Virus record (IMG/VR): IMGVR_UViG_3300031521_000001
DNA length: 64,000 nt
Source: a virus
Reading direction: 5' to 3' (one strand)
Shown here: positions 49,876 to 56,946 of the stretch, piece after piece
Layout of the letters: every line of letters begins with the position of its first letter
Numbering within the stretch: position 1 is the first letter of the stretch
The notes under the pieces: model-generated
Told to the model about the DNA's origin: nothing
Seen by the model: the letters and a program-made list of their open reading frames with translations, nothing else
Databases searched by the model: none
Made by a program: the position numbers and the translations under genes

Positions 49876-49952
49876 TGGGGTGAATAATCGGATTTGAACC
49901 GACCCTTAAAGAACCACAATCTATCGTGCTAACCACTAACACTACATCCACC
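49876..49952 (-). tRNA. tRNA-His(GTG) with G-1 and encoded CCA
   Basis: Loop TTGTGGT; G-1:C73; T-loop TTCAAAT. Confidence 0.85.
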
Positions 49953-49962
49953 ATTTATTTTG

Positions 49963-50049
49963 GGTGTCAGATGGGATTCGAACCCACATTAACTGTTAAG
50001 TATTCCTGATTCACAATCAGGGCGGCATCCCTTACCGACTACAAACACC
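49963..50049 (-). tRNA. tRNA-His(GTG) with a 17-nt variable region
   Basis: CCTGA-TTGTGAA-TCAGG; G-1:C73; T-arm GTGGG-TTCGAAT-CCCAT. Confidence 0.8.
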
Positions 50050-50078
50050 ATATATAATATTCACATTCTGAATATTTG

Positions 50079-50169
50079 CGGAAAATGGGGGACTTGGACC
50101 CTCACACCGATTTAACTCGATGAACAGTTTAGCAAACTGCGCCAATACCAATTATGGACTTAATTTTCC
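50079..50169 (-). tRNA. tRNA-Ser(GCT)
   Basis: GCAGT-TTGCTAA-ACTGT; long variable arm; G73. Confidence 0.8.
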
Positions 50170-50174
50170 TTATG

Positions 50175-50247
50175 TGGAGATTATTGGTTTTGATCCAATC
50201 TCTCATGCTCTTCAGGCATACGCTTTCACCAGATTAGCTTAATCTCC
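50175..50247 (-). tRNA. tRNA-Phe(GAA)
   Basis: TATGC-CTGAAGA-GCATG; acceptor GGAGATT/AATCTCC; T-loop ATCAAAA. Confidence 0.8.
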
Positions 50248-50261
50248 TTTTTAATAATTTG

Positions 50262-50349
50262 CGGTAAGTTGAGGACCCGACCCCCATCCGATTAAACGAA
50301 ACCTAGTTTTCAAGGCTAGTCGCCACTCCAATTGACTGCTTAACTTACC
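50262..50349 (-). tRNA. tRNA-Ser(TGA)
   Basis: Loop CTTGAAA; long variable arm; acceptor GGTAAGT/ACTTACC; G73. Confidence 0.8.
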
Positions 50350-50357
50350 ATTTTTTG

Positions 50358-50440
50358 CGGAAGAAGTAGGTCCCAACCCCAAGTCGTTTCCGACCGTACA
50401 GATTTCAAGTCTGTCTTGCTCTCTGAGCAATTCATCTTCC
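50358..50440 (-). tRNA. tRNA-Ser(TGA), apparent 8/4 fold
   Basis: ACAGA-CTTGAAA-TCTGT; D-stem TTGCTC/GAGCAA; variable arm GGTCG-GAAA-CGACT; G73. Confidence 0.7.
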
Positions 50441-50481
50441 ATTATTTTAATTTTATATTCTACTATTAGAACATATTTTAG

Positions 50482-50563
50482 CACGCCATATTGGGATTCG
50501 AACCCATGAACCTTTCGGAATGATTTTGGAGATCATCTGCTTTGACCACTTGCTTAATGACGC
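50482..50563 (-). tRNA. tRNA-Trp(CCA) with a 12-nt variable region
   Basis: ATGAT-CTCCAAA-ATCAT; T-loop TTCGAAT; G73. Confidence 0.8.
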
Positions 50564-50574
50564 ATAACTATATT

Positions 50575-51414
50575 TTAATAATTTTTTTCATAAAAAATTC
50601 TCCACTTTTTAATAGAATTTCCACATACTCCATATTTTCTACCAGATCCTTCCAATCCTAATAACTCTATATCCATTTTTAATTGTTCATATGTAGGTCT
50701 TTCTACTGTTCTACTCTTGAATATATAATCTAGTTGTTTATCTGTCTTTTTATTTTTATATTTTTTATGTGTTTCTATATAATTATTATTTATTATATTA
50801 TTTTTAGTTATCATTCTTTTATTTCCAACACAATGAGTAGGTAATGTTGAATTACAATTAGGACAAACAATTCTCAAATTAAAAATTCTATTATCATTAT
50901 TTATACCATTGATATGATCCAATATCAATGACATATGCTCACCATTCCATTCTTCTCCTTGCCCACATTTTTCGCATAAACGTTCTTTTAATCCTTCTTT
51001 ATAAAGTCTTTCTTTTAATATTGTTGTATTATATGTTGAATTCTCAATTAATATTTTAGATAAATCAATTTTATTATGAATAACATCTATAATATTATTT
51101 TCAAAATGTTCTATACTAATATTATATTTTTTTATATATTTTTTTAATGTGTTGTAAGATGATCCCATATTTTTAATTCCTAATTTTTTAAGACATTCTA
51201 AATATGTTTTAGATTCAACTACAATTTTTTCTAAATTTTCTTTATGATATTTATCTTTAATATTATTATTTGCTAAAATATTTAATTTTTTCCTTCTTAA
51301 TTGGATTGATCTTTTTGTTCTATCTAATACTTTTAAACACTCATCTATACCATAAAGGGTATAATAATTAGTTAATAAATTATCTTCTTCCTTTGTCCAA
51401 TTTTTACTTTTCAT
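50575..51414 (-). CDS. HNH endonuclease inside the tRNA cluster
   Basis: CEKCG, LILDHING..NDNR..NLRIVCPNCNS; C-terminal GRKYGV.GNSIKKW HTH. Confidence 0.85.
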   Translation of the reverse strand: MKSKNWTKEEDNLLTNYYTLYGIDECLKVLDRTKRSIQLRRKKLNILANNNIKDKYHKENLEKIVVESKTYLECLKKLGIKNMGSSYNTLKKYIKKYNISIEHFENNIIDVIHNKIDLSKILIENSTYNTTILKERLYKEGLKERLCEKCGQGEEWNGEHMSLILDHINGINNDNRIFNLRIVCPNCNSTLPTHCVGNKRMITKNNIINNNYIETHKKYKNKKTDKQLDYIFKSRTVERPTYEQLKMDIELLGLEGSGRKYGVCGNSIKKWRIFYEKNY

Positions 51415-51483
51415 AATGTAGTCTTTTTTTGTAGTATATAAAAAAATACTATAGTCTCAAACTACATTAAAATACTATTTCAG

Positions 51484-51558
51484 TGAGTAAACGGTGAGTT
51501 CAACACCAGCCTTTGGTTTTTCAGACCAACGTACAATAAGCACCTATACGATTTACCC
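51484..51558 (-). tRNA. tRNA-Phe(GAA), divergent
   Basis: TTGGT-CTGAAAA-ACCAA; acceptor GGGTAAA/TTTACTC; T-arm TGGTG-TTGAACT-CACCG. Confidence 0.7.
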
Positions 51559-51566
51559 TTATACCA

Positions 51567-51878
51567 TTACTTGTTTTTTTCAAGTATTAATTTTTTTGCA
51601 TATTCTGAATCTAATTTATCAATCACTGAGAATGGTGAAACACCAATTCCTGTATAAGTAATATCATTAAATCCATTATCTTTTGTGATTAGACTTTCAT
51701 CTTCTGATATTGCACCTGAAAATTTGTCATATCCCTTTTTATGTTCTATATTTCCTGTACTTGGATTATATGAACCCCAATCTGCTGAACGTTTTGAACC
51801 AATTGGTTCCACATAATAACTTTTACCTGTTTTTAATGACTTAACAATGAATCTACCTGTTTCATCTCTTTGTGTCAT
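51567..51878 (-). CDS. Conserved phage hypothetical protein
   Basis: TGRFIVKS..TGK.YYVEPIG....WG..NP.TG. Confidence 0.65.
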   Translation of the reverse strand: MTQRDETGRFIVKSLKTGKSYYVEPIGSKRSADWGSYNPSTGNIEHKKGYDKFSGAISEDESLITKDNGFNDITYTGIGVSPFSVIDKLDSEYAKKLILEKNK

Positions 51879-52018
51879 AAACTTTCTGCCGAAATCTAAC
51901 TTTACCCCATGATTTTATATTTATTTTTTTATAATAGCTTCTCACTATTCAGATGAATAATTTTTATGTCCAGCCTAACTGAATAACTGTCATTCACTAT
52001 GACAAATATTTTATTTTT

Positions 52019-52999
52019 TTATTTAATCCATTTTTTAATAGAATTTCCAGTAACTCCATACTTTCTACCAACAGATTCTAAACTTGTTTCTTTTACCATC
52101 AAAATCAAATCATCTTTAGAAGGTCTTTCTAATACCTTTCTTTGTAATAAATGTGCACACTTTACACACCTAATAGAAGTTTTCCATATTTTTTCTCCAC
52201 AATTTATACAATAAGTATAGTTATCTTTATATTCTATTATTGGTTTATTATTAGATAAATTATTAATATATTCTAATAACCCAGTAATATATTTTTCTTT
52301 TTCTGTTCTTGTCATTTTTTGATAATCACTCCATTTTATTCTTATTATATCCCATCCATCAGATATCAAATATTTATTTTTTCTTATATCTGATTCTACT
52401 ATTTTTTTATCTAAGTAATGTTGATCTCCATCTATTTCAATTGCTATTTTTTTATTAGTTATAGAAAAATCTATATGATATAAACTTGATTGTACATATT
52501 TTTCATATTCAAATTTACCATTAAATATTTCATCAAAATATCTCTCAGGATAACTTGGACCTTTGCTATAATGATTTAACAAATAAGGAACTTTTTCTGG
52601 ATGTTCTTTTAAATATTTTGTTCTACTTATTGATATTTTCTTTTTTACTTCTTCACTATGGTATCTTTTTGTTTTTTTTCTTGATATTATAAATGATTCA
52701 CTTTTACTTCTAGTCTTAAATAAATTAGATTCAACAGCTTTATTTAATGTGGAATTATTTATATTAAATTTTTTAAGAACATCATCCCACATATTATTCA
52801 AATTATAATAATTTTGAACATCCACCCAATTAACATATTCAAATAATGTTTTTTTACATTTATTATCAGAATTAATAGTTCTAACTTTACCTCTTATTGA
52901 ATCTTTTGATATATTTAATAATTTAGATAATTCTTCATATGATTTATTCAAATTTTCACTTAATATTTTAATTTCATTTTCATCCCATTCTTTTTTCAT
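52019..52999 (-). CDS. Vsr/DUF559-like endonuclease inside the tRNA cluster
   Basis: SYPE, YHIDF, KIAIEIDGDQH, D..KN.YL...GW.IIRI.W; same C-terminal HTH as 50575-51414. Confidence 0.8.
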   Translation of the reverse strand: MKKEWDENEIKILSENLNKSYEELSKLLNISKDSIRGKVRTINSDNKCKKTLFEYVNWVDVQNYYNLNNMWDDVLKKFNINNSTLNKAVESNLFKTRSKSESFIISRKKTKRYHSEEVKKKISISRTKYLKEHPEKVPYLLNHYSKGPSYPERYFDEIFNGKFEYEKYVQSSLYHIDFSITNKKIAIEIDGDQHYLDKKIVESDIRKNKYLISDGWDIIRIKWSDYQKMTRTEKEKYITGLLEYINNLSNNKPIIEYKDNYTYCINCGEKIWKTSIRCVKCAHLLQRKVLERPSKDDLILMVKETSLESVGRKYGVTGNSIKKWIK

Positions 53000-53076
53000 A
53001 TTATAATATTTTTAATGTATATATTAAATATAAAAAATAGCTTTAAACTTGATTAAAAAATAATGAGTTCATGTTG

Positions 53077-53158
53077 TGCTCCAACTGGGACTCGAACCCA
53101 GAATGACTTTCGTCCCCGCCTTAAAAGGGCGGTGCCTTACCAATTTTGCTATTGGAGC
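53077..53158 (-). tRNA. tRNA-Lys(TTT) with a 14-nt variable arm
   Basis: CCGCC-CTTTTAA-GGCGG; GAC-GAAA-GTC arm; CTGGG-TTCGAGT-CCCAG; acceptor GCTCCAA/TTGGAGC. Confidence 0.85.
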
Positions 53159-53170
53159 ATTTTTTAAAAC

Positions 53171-53204
53171 AAAAAAAATCCAAACTTTTTGAGTTTGGAT
53201 TTTT
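53171..53204 (-). terminator. Attenuator terminator (3:4 hairpin) just upstream of the tRNA cluster
   Basis: Minus strand AATCCAAACT-CAAAA-AGTTTGGATT running into a U8 tract. Confidence 0.8.
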
Positions 53205-53228
53205 ATATTTCTTTTACATTTATTAATG

Positions 53229-53336
53229 TTAACTTATATTTACAATAAGGCAAGAAGTATCTGTTCCAAACTCGGTTTTTCTAAACCAGAATTTAAAGGA
53301 TTTTGATGAACTACTATGTTTACTTATTGATCTCAT
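53229..53336 (-). CDS. Leader peptide MRSISKHSSSSKSFKFWFRKTEFGTDTSCLIVNIS (putative tRNA-sensing attenuator leader)
   Basis: 35 codons, not in the ORF track; codons 5-18 are all S/K/H/F/W; contains GAGTTTGGA complementary to the terminator 5' arm. Confidence 0.75.
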   Translation of the reverse strand: MRSISKHSSSSKSFKFWFRKTEFGTDTSCLIVNIS

Positions 53337-53377
53337 GATTTCTAAATTTTTATCTTGTTGTGTTTTTTATTCTTTGT

Positions 53378-53415
53378 TATATATAATAGAAAAAAAGTCA
53401 TTTTTTTCTATTTTT
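53378..53415 (-). promoter_or_regulatory. Third copy of the late promoter/operator motif, containing a perfect 12-bp inverted repeat
   Basis: Minus strand aaaaatagaaaaaaatgactttttttctattatatata. Confidence 0.6.
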
Positions 53416-53438
53416 GTTTTTCTTTTAATATGATAGTA

Positions 53439-53470
53439 CAAAAGTACAATAAAGTTTTCAATCTACCAAA
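53439..53470 (-). promoter_or_regulatory. Bacteroidota sigma-A type promoter (-33 TTTG, 20-nt spacer, -7 TACTTTTG)
   Basis: Matches TTTG-N19-21-TAnnTTTG; part of a ~50-bp repeat also at about 54197-54247 and 54663-54713. Confidence 0.7.
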
Positions 53471-53504
53471 CATTTATTGAATTATTTTTAAAATAATTAT
53501 TATT

Positions 53505-53975
53505 TTACTGATAATCTTCTGTTTGAATAATTCCAAACTTATGAAAATATCTTAATGGTCTCCATTTGTGGTTATTCACATAGAATCCCCATTTATGATA
53601 TGGTTTTGAACACAATAAAATTGTCCATGCACCTTCTTTTGGGATATCTAAGTAATGTCTTTGTTCTGCTTTCATAAAACGTGGTTTCCATGCTTTAGCT
53701 AAATACTTAACAGGATTTCCGTTTTCATCTGGTATTACATTAAAGTAATTACCTTTTATTATTATTGATATTAAATCACATGAATGATCATGGAAATAAC
53801 GTCTATCATCTGACCTAAGCCAATGATGCAATCTAAATGTATAACCGAAAATAATAAATGTCCATCTATATAAATATGGACATTCTTTTATTCCCATAGG
53901 TTCTTTAATCCTGATTTGAAGTTTATTTCCAAATGGAAAATCTTCATGATTTTTAAAGACTAACAATTTTCCCAT
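53505..53975 (-). CDS. Phage cupin-like protein
   Basis: PYLYRW, RLHHWLRSDD.R.FHDH, H.L, AWTI, WGFY. Confidence 0.65.
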   Translation of the reverse strand: MGKLLVFKNHEDFPFGNKLQIRIKEPMGIKECPYLYRWTFIIFGYTFRLHHWLRSDDRRYFHDHSCDLISIIIKGNYFNVIPDENGNPVKYLAKAWKPRFMKAEQRHYLDIPKEGAWTILLCSKPYHKWGFYVNNHKWRPLRYFHKFGIIQTEDYQ

Positions 53976-53991
53976 TTATTATAATTTGTTG

Positions 53992-54178
53992 TCAGTTGGG
54001 AAGGATTCGAACCCCCTATCTTTTGCCTGTTTTGATATTAACAATATTAATCTCTCATTTTCAGACATTCTCAACATTAGCTAATTGTATTGAATTTCTT
54101 ACTTCTTTAAAATTTTTTCTTATTAATACGATTAGCTATAGACTAATCCAACTGCTCTACCTATTGAGCTACCAACCG
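53992..54178 (-). ncRNA. 187-nt tRNA-like RNA with a ~114-nt insert in place of a normal anticodon arm
   Basis: Acceptor CGGTTGG/CCAACTG+A; canonical D-arm TAGCTCAATAGGTAGAGC; T-arm GGGGG-TTCGAAT-CCTTC. Confidence 0.7.
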
Positions 54179-54196
54179 ATCTTTTTAATTTGTATG

Positions 54197-54228
54197 TAAA
54201 ATTACAATAAAGTTTTCATTCGACCAAA
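54197..54228 (-). promoter_or_regulatory. Bacteroidota-type promoter copy upstream of the tRNA-like RNA
   Basis: TTTG-N20-TAATTTTA variant within the repeated block. Confidence 0.55.
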
Positions 54229-54492
54229 CATTTATTGAATTATTTTTAATCTTGTGAATGATCAAGCATTCTTTCTTCTAAATCTTTAATAATTGTAAGA
54301 GACAAATTTTCAAGTATGTCACTATTATCTTCATATGGAATATCACCAACTTTCAAATTTTCTTTATTTTTTACTCTGGTTATTCTACATTTATTTCTAT
54401 TATATGTACAAATATACCATTATATGAATTTCTTTTCCTTTGTAATCAATTCTTTCTACACATGATCCTTTAATAATATTAAATACATTTAT

Positions 54493-54642
54493 TTATTTTA
54501 CTAATCCGTTTGAATCAACATTCAATGTTGTCATATAATGTGGCTTATGTATATTTTTACTACTATAAAGTCCATATTTTGATGAACAACTACAAAATAA
54601 TACAGAAATAACGAAAACTAACAATACTTTTTTTGATTTCAT
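54493..54642 (-). CDS. Small putative lipoprotein (49 aa)
   Basis: MKSKKVLLVFVISVLFCSC|SSK signal peptide and lipobox; not in the ORF track; own promoter copy at 54665-54696. Confidence 0.55.
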   Translation of the reverse strand: MKSKKVLLVFVISVLFCSCSSKYGLYSSKNIHKPHYMTTLNVDSNGLVK

Positions 54643-54720
54643 ATTTTATTTTTTATTTGTAATACAAAAGTACAACTATTTTTTCAATCCACCAAACATT
54701 AATAAAATTATTTCAATTTT

Positions 54721-55221
54721 TTATTCTATATCAACATCAAATTTAATACCTTCACTATTATAGTAATACATATCAATTTTATCATATGAAGTATAAAATC
54801 CATCAAAATATGTTGGAATAGAATAAGAAAAGAAGTTATCTTCTTCTTGATAAGGTACTAAATCTTTAAAATCTTCATCAAAATCTTCATCTAATTCAGT
54901 TCTACATTCACAAAATCTACCCCAATTAATATCGCCGCCATAATTGTGTCCACATCTATCTTTTCCATAACCATACCATTTTGCAGCTTCATCAGCATCA
55001 CAAAAACCTACTCTACCTTTATTATCTAAATTTACGCAGTTATCAATAGAATCAATGAAATCAGATACATATTTTTTAAATTTAATATCTTCTAATTTAG
55101 ATTTTTCGAAGACAAAATTTATTTTTTCATACCCGTCAGCATCACCTTCCATGAAAGTTATCACAATTTCATAACAATCTTTTTTGTTGATGCTCTTTTT
55201 ATTTATTTTAAAGTCTTTCAT
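54721..55221 (-). CDS. Hypothetical protein
   Basis: 166-aa ORF, MEGDADG motif. Confidence 0.55.
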   Translation of the reverse strand: MKDFKINKKSINKKDCYEIVITFMEGDADGYEKINFVFEKSKLEDIKFKKYVSDFIDSIDNCVNLDNKGRVGFCDADEAAKWYGYGKDRCGHNYGGDINWGRFCECRTELDEDFDEDFKDLVPYQEEDNFFSYSIPTYFDGFYTSYDKIDMYYYNSEGIKFDVDIE

Positions 55222-55224
55222 ATA

Positions 55225-55593
55225 CTAATTTATTACTAAGTAAGGCATTCCACCTGGTAGTGCATCCCATAATTCTCTTGGCATCAAATAAGTCATTTTA
55301 TCAACAGCAATACCTAAGCAAACTAATTCATCAACAGTAGCATGAAAATCTGTCCACTGAACACCCTTGTTATCCTCACACATATTAAGGAATGACCAAC
55401 CCCCACCCAAATCATGTTTAAAATTATCAGACAAATCATTTAGCACATCAGATATGTTTGATTTATTTTCTTCCAATTTCTTAATACAAAAATTTGCTTT
55501 TGTCAACACACCTTCAACAATTTTTACATCAACACTATCATTAGATAGACATTTTTTAAAAATGCCATGAACATTTTCTGCTGTTAGTTTCAT
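55225..55593 (-). CDS. Conserved phage hypothetical protein
   Basis: GGGWSFLNMC.D..G.QWT..H, W.ALPGGMPY. Confidence 0.7.
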   Translation of the reverse strand: MKLTAENVHGIFKKCLSNDSVDVKIVEGVLTKANFCIKKLEENKSNISDVLNDLSDNFKHDLGGGWSFLNMCEDNKGVQWTDFHATVDELVCLGIAVDKMTYLMPRELWDALPGGMPYLVIN

Positions 55594-55656
55594 AATTATT
55601 TATTTGTTATTTACAACAAAGATAACGAAAACATATCAAATAAAAAATTTTTTTAA

Positions 55657-56202
55657 TTATTTTTCACATAATTTTCTACGTTGTTTAATGAGGTCAATTA
55701 ATTCTTTTTCAAAATCAATATTAACTTCTTTTGCCATTGGTAAAATATATATTTCTGTTTGATCTAGGTAATGTGCTATCTTACCTGATGTGTGTGTATC
55801 TAAGTGTAAATCAGTAAGGTTACTAATTCTATCAGCACATTTTAATATTTTTGCTCTATCTGATCCATTTTTTAATAATCTTTCAAGATATACTTCTTTC
55901 GTCTCAGTTTTACTCTTAGAAACTTCTAAAATTAAATCCACAACCTCTGGTCCATCTTTATCAACATTTCGAATTTCAACAAGTCTTTCTGAACCGTTAT
56001 AATCTTCAACCAAATCATGCAAAACTGATGCTTTTAATAAAACTGGATCATCACAATATTTATAATCAATTAGAATACCAAGTGTAGCAAATTGATGTCT
56101 AAATTGATTACCTCCTGCTTTCCTACTAACACCAATCAAACCAGTGGCTATCATAATATAAGGTGCTAGACACACTTCTTTTAATGCTTTTAAATTACTC
56201 AT
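55657..56202 (-). CDS. HD-domain (p)ppGpp hydrolase-like protein (SpoT/Mesh1 type)
   Basis: ASVLHDLVED, V..L..EVSK, A.ILKCADRISNL. Confidence 0.75.
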   Translation of the reverse strand: MSNLKALKEVCLAPYIMIATGLIGVSRKAGGNQFRHQFATLGILIDYKYCDDPVLLKASVLHDLVEDYNGSERLVEIRNVDKDGPEVVDLILEVSKSKTETKEVYLERLLKNGSDRAKILKCADRISNLTDLHLDTHTSGKIAHYLDQTEIYILPMAKEVNIDFEKELIDLIKQRRKLCEK

Positions 56203-56641
56203 AATTAGACTGGTTTTGAATTTTACCTAATTTATTTTTCCTATCAATTTGTAATTTAAGTATATTATACTCAATTAAATTATTTATTACTATTTTTACT
56301 ATAAATGGCACCAAAACATGATCTCTTTTGAAATATGATGTTATTATAGTATAATCTTCATTTTTCATCTTTGAAAAAATATAAGGTAGTTCTACAATCT
56401 CATTGAAGGTACCCCAGTAGCAATAATTATTATTCCAATATTGTTTCCATTTACCATTTTTTGATACAGGAGGTTTTGAATTACCTCCAGTAGGATTTAC
56501 ACTATATACAACTTTAATTGAGTTTACTTCAGTTCTTACACTATCAACTTCAACTGAACACATACAAGTACAGATAACACCTTTTCTTGAATAATTTTTA
56601 GGTGTGGTAAAGCAATTATCAAAATTGATTGTTTTAATCAT
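56195..56641 (-). CDS. Hypothetical protein
   Basis: ORF with DRKNKLGKI tail. Confidence 0.5.
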   Translation of the reverse strand: MIKTINFDNCFTTPKNYSRKGVICTCMCSVEVDSVRTEVNSIKVVYSVNPTGGNSKPPVSKNGKWKQYWNNNYCYWGTFNEIVELPYIFSKMKNEDYTIITSYFKRDHVLVPFIVKIVINNLIEYNILKLQIDRKNKLGKIQNQSNYE

Positions 56642-56652
56642 ATTTATATAAA

Positions 56653-56946
56653 TTAGAATTTTATTATTTCTTTAATTGCAACGCTATCAGATATACACAA
56701 ATTATTTAAATATTCCATTTCTATTAGTTTATCTGATACATCTTTATCTGATAAACCTTTCAATGTAAATTCACAATCTTTTCTGTCCAAATCCCTTTTA
56801 TGTGTATAAGGATTATATTGATATGTATCATATTTTATTATATAAACATCTTTTTTATACTCCAATTTTGACAAAGAATACACTAGAATTGATAGTATCA
56901 CTATAGCAAACACAAATCTAATTATTAATATTTTTATTATTTTCAT
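56653..56946 (-). CDS. Hypothetical membrane-anchored protein
   Basis: N-terminal hydrophobic helix. Confidence 0.5.
   Translation of the reverse strand: MKIIKILIIRFVFAIVILSILVYSLSKLEYKKDVYIIKYDTYQYNPYTHKRDLDRKDCEFTLKGLSDKDVSDKLIEMEYLNNLCISDSVAIKEIIKF

Noticed and set aside
50358-50440. Possible tRNA-Sec (GGAAGAT start, long D-stem)
   Set aside because: Anticodon is TGA (Ser), not TCA; no Sec machinery or in-frame TGA genes seen
50251-50484. 77-aa ORF
   Set aside because: Overlaps two tRNA-Ser genes on the same strand; spurious
51936-52006. Intergenic hairpins (TGTCAT/ATGACA, TATTCAG/CTGAATA) within the tRNA cluster
   Set aside because: Short AT-rich stems with no recognisable RNA family; cannot be told from chance by eye
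53996-54199. 67-aa plus-strand ORF
   Set aside because: Antisense to the tRNA-like RNA; TTG start and no motif
53437-54713. Three dispersed ~50-bp repeats as a possible CRISPR mini-array or att sites
   Set aside because: Spacing of hundreds of bp, and each copy matches a promoter consensus upstream of a gene
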